A DNA stretch of 64,000 bases from Chlorokybus atmophyticus. Its lineage: Eukaryota > Plantae > Mesostigma and Chlorokybus algae. The stretch covers positions 1,141,906-1,205,905 of the forward strand of contig RHPI01002048.1 in the NCBI GenBank assembly GCA_009103225.1, written 5' to 3'. Positions 33,651 through 46,000 of this stretch are shown one piece after another; the first letter of the stretch is position 1, and the number at the start of each line of letters is the position of its first letter. Made by a program: the position numbers and the translations under genes. Under the pieces are notes generated by a model. It was given only the letters and a program-made list of their open reading frames with translations, was not told the origin of the DNA and did not search any database.

Positions 33651-36600
33651 CGCCGCCGCTACCCTTGCATGCTAGAGGCGGGAAACTTGACCGCCATTCA
33701 CCAGCGTGACGGCTCCGTCGTACCAACATTATAGTACGATTGAGCCATTGCACGTCTAGGGTGGGGTGAGTTTGCATAATATCCTGATTGAACCGTTTCA
33801 ATGGTACGAAAATGCCTTATAAAGGATACCATTGAAATGGTACCTTTATACAGTGGCAATGGCAGTTCATACAATTGACAAGTGCTGGCAATGTCGGTCC
33901 CTGCGCATGAAAACACCATAAATGGCTCCGCCAAGCTATCATACATGATGCCCTTTCAGGGCGGTGATGCCGAGGGTATGCGGCGTTTGGTGGATCGTTG
34001 GCGGCGCTGGCAGGGGCGTAGTGGTCGAGGTCCGGGATGAAGCCCATGTTTGCACAGGGCGGGGAAGGTGGGGTGCCCTTGGTGTCAAACCTCATCATGC
34101 CTACCAAGGGCACAGCCAATGATAACAGTGACTTGGGCGATATCTTACAGGGCTCCCCCTCCGAGTGAGCAAAGGCACACCACAATACTGCCTCTAAGAA
34201 CATCCGACCCACCAGCAGCTGCGACCACGGCAACACGATTGGAGGGACGAAACAAGACTGGCATAATCAAGGTGGGTACGATGCACTGTCAATGCCACAT
34301 GCTAGTTTTTTTTTTTATCTTGCACATGCACAGCCTTAAGTATCTTGCACATGACATACACTGTCAATACCACACGCACACCCTCATGCACAGCCTCCAA
34401 GTGTCATGCACATGAAGAGCATGACCAATCTCGCAAATGCACAGCCTATTTCTACTTGCGGGAGTTCACAAGTCGCAAAAGAGAAGCTGCGGAGTACCAC
34501 GAACGGGTAATCCATGACCTATTTTGATGTTTTTAGCGGCAATTAGGCAGTATGCTTGCAAATTGCCATGTTGGTCAAAGAGAACCAAGAGCAGCGCGGC
34601 AGGCAGACTGTCTGGCTGGCGGAGTGCGACAAAGCGGAAGACAAGGTAAGCATGTGTATGCTGATGGGCTAGTCCTCTGGCAGCACGCCACTGTTATAGC
34701 ATTACCAAATGCAGGTGGTCACTCTTAAAGCGACCATCAAGCGCATGCGCGTGCACGGCGAGCAGCCGGCATTCAAGCTGAAGGACGAAGTAGCCGCTGA
34801 ATTGTCAGCGAGCGAGGCAGCAGGTGAAGATGACTCTGATGTTGAAGCACAAGACTTGTCGGAGGAGGATCATGAGGAGGGGGTTGAGGAGGAGTTCTGA
34901 GGCAGGCACCACGGGTTGACAAGCTTCGCATGATTGCGACTGCGAGACTTAATGTTGTAAGTAGTTGCAAGCGCAAGTCGGATGCTCAATTGCAAGCGGA
35001 CATACTATCACCACTGCCGGTTCGTTATAGATATTGTGGGCTTGTAATGGCAAGACCAAACAATCAGTCCAAGGTTTGTACGAGCTGCATGGCATGTTGG
35101 TGTTGGCTTACGGCAAGGATTGTCAACTTTTATCAAACAATAAAGGGGGTCATATATTAACAGCAGCGTAACGGTAAGGAAACTGCTGGCTATTGCTGTC
35201 AGCTCCGTCCGTGACTACCGGCTAACGGCCGTCTGTGCACATCGACTGAAGGGTAACTAGCTGACAAGTCTCGGCCGGTCAGTTTTACTGACAACCACTT
35301 TCGGCCCGTGGCCGTCTGCGTCAGTCCACATAAGCTAACGGCGAACCCAACAATTTAAATGTAACATTTCAGCCAGCGGCAGGCAGGCTCAGGCACACGT
35401 CAATCCCTCAGTCCTTCGTTAGTCACCGTGTAATTTTTGTGACGCAGTCGTTAAGGAAGATAAGGCATTTTGTATCCAATCGATTGGCTGAAGCAACCGA
35501 ACAAGGAGGAAGTTGAAGCCGCGGCGACTCAAACACCTTCCCCGCGGCACCATGACAACGTCATTATGACCGAGGTTATTTCCATCTTAGTGATGTCGAG
35601 TTGTCGGGCTACGCGAGATTGTGTGCCGATCCTCCTTGAGCTGTTGCATCAACGCTGTGCCGGTGCTGGGAACATTGTGATGAAGTGTCCTCCTTGTTTG
35701 TGGACACAAGGGTGAAGGCATAAGAGTACCCCTATACTAAGCATAGTAGATAGAGATAGATCCGGTGTATATGATAAAACGAAGTACGGAAAGTCATGGC
35801 AATGGTTACGAACAGACAAAGTCAACAAGCCATGACCAGTCGTAATGTGATACAATCCTTCGCAATGAGGTCAACCAATGGTCTGTACTGTTTTTTGAGG
35901 TGAATGAATGCTGCAACTGGATTGATGCTACACTCGAATGCGGCTAGCACACTACCCACGTGCATACAATAAAGGCCATGCCAACAAGAACAGTGCCATG
36001 CAGTATGCATCACACTCTCTCACAAAGATGAAGGCTCCTTGTGAGAGACTTTGACAGCCGGGCCAACTTGTGGTGCACAGTCGCACTCCCTTCACATCTT
36101 GCCCCGCTTGCCGGCTCCGTGTGTTGCAACTCAATATGCAAAAAAACACATAGCAAACTCATTCAAGTCAAGGCTTACATACCACATCGCAATACAGGTG
36201 TCTACAAAACACTATTCACGCATAGTATTATCAAGTGTCCATGTGGCCACTGCAACTACTTATACTACTGCAATAACTCAATGACACACGGGAAGCACGC
36301 ATTCGGCGCAGAAACATGCATGGTCACGTGCACGCATGTTTACTAGCTGTTCGCTATCGATCATTCCACTCTGAACGGATAGTCGCGGGTATGACCGCGG
36401 AAAGGCGCGCTTAAACTCGCAACATCAGCTACGCTGAGGGACCCCTAGGATGGTAGTAGATCACCTTGCGCGGGGGACCCTTCGGTGAGGCCTGCCAATG
36501 GATTAGCAAGGCCTCCATGCATGGAGGTGGTCTCACGAGTGGTCGGCTTGGCATTGTGATGCCAACATCGTGGACCACGGTTGGGGAATGGGGAACGCCG

Positions 36601-37792
36601 GTGCGTATAGCGCGGGTAGTGAATTGGCCATGAGCATGTCCGCGAAGAATTCATGAGCCCTGATGTACGGTTAGCATGACAGAGTAGCTGTAGCGCAGTA
36701 CCGGTTGCCAACTTTAAGCTCTTTACCTGTTAAGATCATCCAACTTGATTTACTGTTATGCTTTGAAAACCAGTTCAGTCCATCTTTAGCAATGTCACAA
36801 GCATCTGCGTGTAAATGCCCATGCAACACAACAAAACCACAGGCAATGCAAGTCACATAACCAAACTATAAGGCTATGCAAGTGCCTGAGGGCGACCGTA
36901 CACACCGGCAATTTCACACACCATGAGTACATGTGCGCATTACAAGCAATGGCCGTTGCTGGCACTCAGTAGCCGTCACACATCATCACCTTATGCAACC
37001 ATTGTCTCGACGGAAATGATACTTATGCGTCAGTTACCCTCCACAGCCTATTGGCAAACAATTTAACAACAGTTATTAGAACAATACCTGTTCGGTACGC
37101 TTGCAACAAGGCTTGATTGCCGGAGCCTCGCCGGTAATTGACTGTCAAGTATCGGTTCAATACAAAACAGTTGAGATAAGGCGACTATGCGTGACCGAGT
37201 GTGACTAGCAGGTTCGTGTCAGTCAGGCAATGGCAATTACAATCAACCATTATGTGACTGACAAGTAAATGTTGGTCAGGCACAAGCAACTACATGTGCC
37301 TGATGCGTAATTGCCGAACACGTGTGCATGTACTTGCTGGTCAGGCAAAGCTGATTATACTTATGTAGCTGACAGGCAACGGCAGTCCTGCATAGTCACC
37401 TTGTTAAGTGGCTGATTGGCAATGTGACTGAGCTATAACTAACCAGTGCTAGTTAGTCAGAGCAAGCGTTGGGATTGTTAGTGATTAATAGTTGTTGCCG
37501 TTATAGTGAGACCCTTGTATCAGTTCGGCGGCTGTGAGGCAACAACCGTCTTCAACGCTATCTTTAGACTGACGGCCGATATATGTAATAATGCAACTAC
37601 GCGCTGAGCGGGGCTTGATAAACTTATGCACAAGCATTAAGGACTTACAGCGAAAGTCCCACTAGCACCACGGTGCAGCACATAGCAGGGGAAGTTGCAG
37701 CCGCGCACCAAGGGAGGAGAGGATGACCACCAACCTCTTGAAACAGCCCCAGCCCAGGCACACCCACGCCCAACACACCCACACTCATATAC

Positions 37793-37819
37793 ACCCCACC
37801 CCACCCCACCCCACCCCAC
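37793..37819 (+). repeat. (CCCCA)n microsatellite
   Basis: caccccaccccaccccaccccacccca. Confidence 0.9.
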
Positions 37820-38289
37820 AAAGGATGAGGGGGAGAGCCCTTCAATAAGTACTAGCTAGGCACCCCACACACAAGCGGCCCTCCAGTGGTGAATGCACTC
37901 TGCCGAAGGTTGCTACTTGGCATTACATATATACCACTTGCTGCTCTCCTGACCTGGCACACAGGATATCCAAGGCCCTTAAGGCCTTGTCACTGTGTGC
38001 TAACCCATGACCAAAGGCTGACTATGTTTAACACAGGACCTGTCCCGTTACAGGACATCAACCTTGGGATTGTCAATCTTTGAGATTGTCAAACACGACA
38101 AATCCAGCTCCGACTTGTAAACTGCCACGTGCAATTTTGTGTTTGTCCATACACATTATACTTGCAAACCGCATAACTGTCTTGCAATTTGCCACTTGTA
38201 GCACCTTTGTTGCCCCAATGTCACAGCACTTGGACTGCACAGATCATGGAGAGCATGTGGCAGCGCCCAGCCCTGTGTTTGCTGATATG

Positions 38290-39746
38290 CAATGCCTTAC
38301 ACAGTTCATCACATCCAAAGCGATATAAGCTTAAGAGTAGACCTACGTGAAAGCGCACCCCACAAGCACTATGTACACATGCTGATGAATGGAAAACCCA
38401 ACAAGTCTCTTCCTACTAATATAAGTAAGGAACACAAAGTGACTTTTGCCAGCCTTATTGGCGTGACATTCCTCCCCACTTGCATTGCAACGACCGCGTT
38501 GCAAAAGATGGAACACTGGATCCGTACAGCCACTGGCAAAGCTGATATGCTGCACTATACGCGTGAAAGTAGTGCCGCACCACTACCACGACGGTTGTGG
38601 AAATGACAAAACCAACTCTAATACTTAGTATCAATGTGCACCGTGTTGGTATGTCATATGAAGAGGTCATCTCTTTATGTGACATATCAAGAGCGTGGAC
38701 GCACGCCTGCAACTTGCAAGCGTGCGTACACTCTTGCAAATGAGTTCGTGCACTGAGCACAAGCTCAAGTGGCGCATGTGGATTTGAGTTAATTCTCAAA
38801 CTCGTCCAACCTAGCATAGTTTGCTAGGTTGAACTCCCTTTCGGCAATGGGCTCCCATTTGTTGTGTTCTTCACCATAACCAAACCATTTCACCAAGCAT
38901 TAGATTCAAAAGTTTTTCTTATACTTGAATCGTTGCCAACAACAACCTCGATCTCATACTCAAGATCGCCCTCAACCTCAATTGGAGGAGGAGCAAGTTG
39001 CACTAGACAGTCACTCTCGTACAATTTAAGCAATGCCTCGTGAAACACATTGTGCACACGTGTACCCGCATGCACTTTGGCAACTATAGCCGAAAGACAT
39101 GCTCACCGACACGGTCGACCTTGTTAGTGATGCGGAATGGCCTCAGCCACCTAAGCATCTAGGCGACCAACTTGCGTGCCCCGCTTATCTTGAGTGAATG
39201 TTTTTTATATTCAACATCACTTCGTCTCCCACATAAAAATCATCATCAGGCTCCAGGCCTATGATGCCTGGCGGTTTCCCTTTCCTTGCCTGTTTTGTGT
39301 TGCTCAGGCAATTTTGTTGCACTTGCCAACGCAGCATGCATGTTCTTTGTAAAAGCTGTAGCCGTGGCACTTTGGTAAATGTCTCAACTTTGAAAGACAT
39401 GAGCGTCAATACATGACGGCTGTAGTTCAGACATATTGGAGTCCTTTGTAGCGACTCATGCCATGCATTGTTCTTCAAAAAATCAGTCAATGGCCAGTAC
39501 ACATCCCAGTCATCAAACTTGGGTGACATGTAGTGACACATCACATTTAATACTTACATGGCGCACTCCGTCTGTCTGTCACTCTGCTGGTGGTAAGCAG
39601 TGCTTAAGCTCTGCTTGGTTTCCAAGTACCGGCATTCAGACCGCCAAAATTGGCTCATAAACCTGGGAATAGGTCGGATACCACCGCTTTAAGTACGCCG
39701 TGTGATTGGAACACCGAGATCACAAAGACACAAACGCAAACTCTTG

Positions 39747-39789
<43 letters not shown>

Positions 39790-41050
39790 ACGTGCGACAC
39801 GGCTTAAATCTGATCATCTTGATCAAGCGAGCAACAAACGTAGTGACAGCACTGTGTCCTTTATTTGTCACCGGTAAATTTGTAAACATATGCATGCACA
39901 TACTCTCCCACTGATAGTTGAGAATAGCCAACAGCTTAAGCAGGCCTGCTGGCTCCTTATGCGAGGCCTTGTCTCGTTAACAAGTACCACAGCATGCGAC
40001 ACACTTTGATGCATCAGCAACCAAGATCGGCCACCAGTACTGTGTCTGCAGCACTTGATAATCCCATACCCATGTGCCCGCTATACATGGTATTGTATGC
40101 CTCAATAGACACCCTTGCCTTAAATTGAGTGCGTCTGCCATGATCAGCTTGCCCTCACAGTATCATAACCCTTTGTGACAAATGATCTCGTCATCTACAT
40201 GCTTCAACATTTTTAAGTTGTTTATTGAGTCAACAACCCATGTGTCAAGTGCATAAGCACGAGGCAAACGCCCGGCAATGTCTTCCATATCAATAGCCGT
40301 AGGGTCCTCCCACTTAGTTTGTGGTCTACCACTGGTGCTGCACTAGCAACGCTTTTGAGCGTTTTCAGTGAATCACTAATCTTAAGCTTACGGATCGCCA
40401 CTGGTGTCTATTGACAGCTCTTTCAAGCTCAATTGACAACCTGCAAGTACTTGCACTAGTGTCCAACGCTAGTGCAAGTACTTGACGGTCACTTGACTAT
40501 GCCCACCCTTGGCTTCGTGCACGTGCACATGTTGTCACTGCCAACAGCAATAGCAAACGGCAAGTGGTCTGCCACATTCACTCACCCTGGTCTGTAGACC
40601 TACGTAAAGTTGAATCTTGATAAGTACCCAGCCCACCTTGCTTGCCTTCTCGACAAGTTGGTTGGGTCAAAAAGAAAACAAGGGGGTTGTGGTCAGTAAT
40701 TACATTGAACCCGCCTTCCACCCTCTTTAGATAGCAACGCCACTCATGTAGCGCATGAACTACCTGCAATAACTGTTGCTCGATTGTTGTATAATTTCTC
40801 TTAGCTGGAGAGAATTTCTTGCTAGCATAAGCAAGGGGGTGCTCACTCTGGAGCAACACATCACTAAAGCCTCAACAAATGCATCGCAAATCACCTCAAA
40901 AGGCTTGGTGAAATTCGGCAATTGCAGAACTGGCGTCGTCACGAAAGCCTCTTTGATGGACTCATGTTGCCTCTGCGATCATCTCAATACGACCTTGTCA
41001 CGTCACGATTGGGTTGGTGAGAGGAGCAACAACAATAAATACTGCAAGAT
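38290..41050 (-). mobile_element. Degraded Ty3/gypsy chromovirus remnant (RNase H, integrase, chromodomain, 3' region)
   Basis: PVLQLPNFTKPFEVICDA, HPLAYASKKFSPAKRNYTT.E, VITDHNPL; WESMCMHMFTNLPVT; DWDVYWPL..NNAWHES; HNVFH..LLK..PPPIEVEGDLEYEIE. Many stops; (TA)n at ~39750-39785. Confidence 0.88.
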
Positions 41051-41756
41051 ATACTTGCGAAGATAATTGCTCAAGCTCAAGAATGCGCCGTCGAAATGGG
41101 CACGAGCTGCGCGACGCAGCTCTTGCCCATTTCGAGGGCTAGGCCACTTGGCAACTTTCCTTCCTGGTCCGCGCGCGCGCCCTCCGTGCTTACAGTATTA
41201 TTTAGAGACTTAAGTTCCGTCTAGCCAAACTCGCACTTAAGCATAGACATGATGCGCACGAAACGTTTTCAACACCTCGCGCACATGCACGGTGTGCAAG
41301 TTAACGTCCTTACATTATGTATACGTGTACACACACACGCGCGCACACGACATGATACGATATCGATATCGACTTAGATGTGGACAATAATGTTACATCA
41401 AGTGTCATTGATCAACGGCCCTTTAACTAAATCCACACATCAATGCAAGTTGATTACATATGAAACAATATCATGTTGTCAATGAATTGATATTAATCAA
41501 CACACATGTGAGCATATACTTCCAATTATTGTTTAGCGGTAATATATATATGCCATGCATCCGCACAACATCAATAATTATAGATGTGACTTTTCTCCAA
41601 TGTTACATCTATCGGTTAATATTATATCAATGCGTGCAATCCTCATTGATACCATTACAATGTAAACTTTATATGAATTGCATATTAAATGCTATCAATT
41701 GCAAGTATGAATGTAATGCTGATATCCGTATGAATTCAAGTTGGTGACGTTGTTAG

Positions 41757-42120
41757 TTAAGTACGCTAATGTGTTTCAAGCTGAATTGCCTAAATTGCCC
41801 CCTGAGAGAGACGTATGACATACGATCCCTGTCGAGTCGGATGCGCAAATTCGGTTTAGACGTGTGTATAAGTTGAGTATGTGGAGATGGAGGGGAAGGC
41901 CTTGCTTGCAAAGGGATGATTGAGCCATGTAGCTTTTCCTTTGGGGCACCCATCTTGTTCGTGCCGAAAAAGGATGGCTCATTGGACCTAATCAGTGGGT
42001 ACCACCAGATATGTATCACCCTGGAAGCTGTGCCAACAACAGCGTGTGGTGCGCCGCTTGGCTACTCTTAGTACAAAGTGCTGCCTTTTAGACTGACGAA
42101 TGCGCAAGTTGCCTTTTAAA
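41757..42120 (+). mobile_element. Ty3/gypsy reverse-transcriptase N-terminal fragment, opposite orientation, internally deleted
   Basis: KYANVFQAELPKLPPER..HTIPV; GMIEPCSFSFGAPILFVPKKDGSL; SGYHQI; YKVLPF.LTNA. Confidence 0.8.
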
Positions 42121-42139
42121 TAAATATGCGTTACTTATA

Positions 42140-42520
42140 GCATGAAAGAGATATATATGTAAAGTACTTTATGTTATATATAAATATGTATATGGATATT
42201 TATATCATTGTATGTAATATATTTTATATTCATATGTAGAATATATCGCATATACATATATATATTTATGCATGTATATGTATACATATGTATATACACA
42301 CACATATATATATACACTATATCATATAGCACATATCTATGATACATATAATACATAGTACCGTATTTTATGTACCATATATACTATGTATATATGTACT
42401 ATATATAGTACATATGTACTATATGTACGAGATATAGTACATATATAATATATATGTATACATATATCTATACTTTGATTGTATAAAATGTATCATAGAT
42501 GGTTGATATGTATGCTTTGT
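42140..42520. repeat. Degenerate (TA)/(TATG) low-complexity tract
   Basis: Nearly pure TA/CA/TG dinucleotide sequence. Confidence 0.9.
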
Positions 42521-43080
42521 TACCATATGCGTTTAAAAACAGAATGTAAACAGCTTTGCAAAATCTCTCAACACAAACGCATGCGAAAGTTATCGATATA
42601 GGTCAATCATATTGAGTACCACCTTGAGCAGGTATATCATAATGATTAGACTACCCAGTGATGTATTGATGGCTTGAACTCGTTGAATCGGTCGTTGGGA
42701 GGTCCGTTACTATAAGCGTTGGATGCTATTATCCAACGGCTCACAGTTGTAGGGTTTTAAAATTACTTAGCGTTGTGTAGCAAGGCATCCGGCGGCGGTC
42801 ATGCAGGCGGTGGTGGCGGCGGCGGCGGTGGCGGGCTACTTAGCGGCAGGCGTGCGCTGCGGTGCGGTGGCGTGCGGTGTGGCTGGCGGTGGCAGTGGCG
42901 GTGGTGGCGGCGGGCGGCTAGTGCTGGCGCTGGCGCTGGCGGGTGGCCGCGCTGGAGGTAGCGCACGAGGCATTGATGGCTGGCGGCTTGTGTGTGTGTG
43001 TGTGTGTGCTAGTGTGGCTGGTAGTGCTTAGTTAGATGTTTTGCTATAGCGAACAATGTCAGTGAGCAGCAAGTAGATAG

Positions 43081-46000
43081 CATAGGGCTTTTTACGAGCG
43101 GACCAGTCGTACGCGGCCCACAGACCACGTCTGGTACGTTCGAGCGTACCAGTGCCGCGACTGGTCCGGCGTAACCGGACCACCGGTGGTCCGGCCCCGG
43201 AGCCCGTCGACATGGTCCGAATGACCGGACCAGGGCTGGTCGCGTACCCCGCGGCTTGTAGACCGGTACAGCACTGGTACGGCACGAGCATTGCACGATA
43301 GGACCAGGGCTGGTCGCGAAGCACGCGACCTGCGAACCACAGCAGCACCGGTACAGGCGTGCAGGTGCCGTGCACCAGACCTGGTCCGTATGCAGCCGTG
43401 TCGTGGGTCCAGGTACATTGTAGCGCGTCGCTTGACTCCATTGATCCCAGACGTACGCAATGACCGAAGCTGTCTGGCATGATGGGCCGCGACCTCACAC
43501 ACGTCAGCAAAGCGGTAAGTACGACTGAACTTAGCCCGTAAAACCCTAATTGCAACTGAGGTCGCACTGAGGCACTGCGTGCAACCGGCAAGCTAATGGA
43601 GCTGGCGGCGGCGGTGCTGAGGGTAGGCCTAGTGCATGCGGTGGTACTAAAGCTTCACAACATTGCAATCCTTGTGTGGCTTGCTGTGAGCTAGTTGTTG
43701 TAATGACACCATTGTTATTGTGACAGTGGTGGTTGTGCTTGTGCTCGCTGCGGCAGCAGCAGCAGCTGAAGGTGTTGTTCGCAAGCTATAGCCGCTGCCA
43801 ACGGCTGTAGCTTGCGAAGCTACAATGTTGCGAAGCTTCACAACAGCAAATCAACAACACTAGCCATGGCAACAACCGCCGCAGCTGCAGCCGCTTTGTC
43901 TTGTGTCATGGCCACCTGCACGGAGAGTCTCTTGGATCAGTTGCACACTCAGTGCATTCCCGGCAGGTATATATGGTGTATGGCTCTTGGTATGCATTTG
44001 CTACCTCTTCCTGAGCAGTCTAGCACGCATATGCATTGTGTCATCTTCCACAACATGCATATTTTGCAATGTGCATTTCACAGTGCGCTTGTGACGTCTC
44101 AGCTGATTTGGCGCTGGGATGGCGGCATAGGCATAACTACATATTTAAGATTTGGGGGCAACAACGTGGCGCACAGCTTGGGAAACAGGTTGCGAAAGAG
44201 TGCTGTCGTTTGTTCTTCAAGTGCACCAGGCATGCACAGCCTAGCCGTTGGCTAATACACATTGTTGGTATGCAGTTCATTGTCAGTTTGCACACTTGCC
44301 AATGCACTTGTTCCCCATTTATTTGTTGCTTGTGCAGCTGGCGCTGCTGTTGCGCAACAGTGCAATCAGCGCGTTCATTGCGACAAGCACTATAGCTGTC
44401 TCGGATGGTAGATCACTTTGGTTTGCTGGCGAGAACTCTGCAGGTCCAGAACCTTTGATGTGTGCGCGTGCGCGTGTATGCGCGCGTGTGCATTTGTGCA
44501 TGTGTACATCTGTGTACATGTGCACGTGTACACGTACTTCTATGTGTGGGTACCTTTCCTCACATGTATATGTGTCTCTGCATCTCTCTCCCCTTCTCCG
44601 CTTATCGCTCTCCCCAACATCCCCCGCCCCCCCGCGTTCACACACACATCAGCACGTGCTCACTCAACTCTGCAGGGCTCACCGCATAAGTGTGACAAGT
44701 CCTGCGCACAGTCAGCAAACTCAACCAACTTGGCCGGAGGTAGCCCGTTCTGCCCCTGCCAGAAACCACATGCCGGACCCTTCACCTGCTACACCACCAA
44801 GTCGCGTTGAGGTAGTTTGAGACTGACGGGCAATATTGGCAGTGGAGCCTACCGACAGGTGGGCATGGTCGCGCACTCCGAGTGCGCTGAGTCAGCGCAT
44901 GCACGCATGCATTCGCTCGCTTGCGCATACACACGCACAAGTGCTTGCATACGGGCATGCGCGTGCAAGAATGCATGTGCTCTTACTCTGTCTTCATTTT
45001 TCACGGGCTCTTGCAATTGATACACACGCATGTACACATACACACACTCAATGGAATCAGCTCATAGATCTGTAACAACCGTCTAATAGGCGGCACTGGT
45101 CACAACCAGTGCCGCCTATGGACGGTTGCTATAGACGGGCTAATAGACCGCACTATCCAGTGCAGCCTATGCCAGCTGGTCATTGGATTGTACAAGTCAT
45201 AGGCGGCTGTGTGTGAGCACATGTGTATGTGTGCATGAGGTACACCCACAATGCTTTGAGGCGCGCGCGTGCGTGTGCATCTTCATGCGTGTATGCATGT
45301 GTGCGCGCGTATGTGTGTTCGTGCGCTTACATGTGCGTGTATACGCAAGCGCCTGTGCTTAGGCGTGTTTACGCGTGACTCTTTGTGCAAAGTCACACAC
45401 ATCTTCGATTGTACGCATGTCTGAAACAGTCACTGCACACCGCTGATTCGGGACATCACTGTCAGTGGGGAGCCTGCTGCTGCTCTTCTCAGGGCGTAGG
45501 ACCAGGGGGGGCTGCAACCAGATGCACCTGCTGAACGTCAAGGTGGGCGGANNNNNNNNNNNNNNNNNNNNNNATGGAATGAGCGTCAAAGCTACAACCG
45601 GTCCCCCGCCCCGCGGCCCCTCAAACTTTGACAAAGAGATGACATGCTCAGACCGGTGCAGGCCCCCCCCCCCCGCGCTCCCTCCCTGCCCCACCTCTTC
45701 CTCCTTGCAAAGATGCGCACATACAGTGTGCACACACACTCATGTGACAACGCGCACGTGCATGCGCTCACACGCACGTGCACGAGCAGGTACTGACTGC
45801 CCCCCAAGCTCGCAATCAGCCACTCGCTGCTGAAAAGAAAGAAGAACGAGAAGGAAGGAAGAGCAAATGTGTAGTGCACGGCGTTGCGTACGTAAGCACT
45901 ACCTCGCCCTAACCCATGCTCTCCACCATCTTTAAGGTGCGATGCCTCGGAGTGTGCGTGTGCGCATGCGCATCAGAGTGCATTGAGAGACATTGAACAT

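Noticed and set aside
35160-37620. Motif-rich regions (CTGAC/GTCAG, AACGGC) as termini of another element or of Plavaka
   Set aside because: No TIR pair or TSD could be identified by eye.
40444-40484. 16-bp perfect inverted repeat caagtacttgcactag / ctagtgcaagtacttg
   Set aside because: No TSD or element boundaries found; lies in a decayed gypsy linker; function unsupported.
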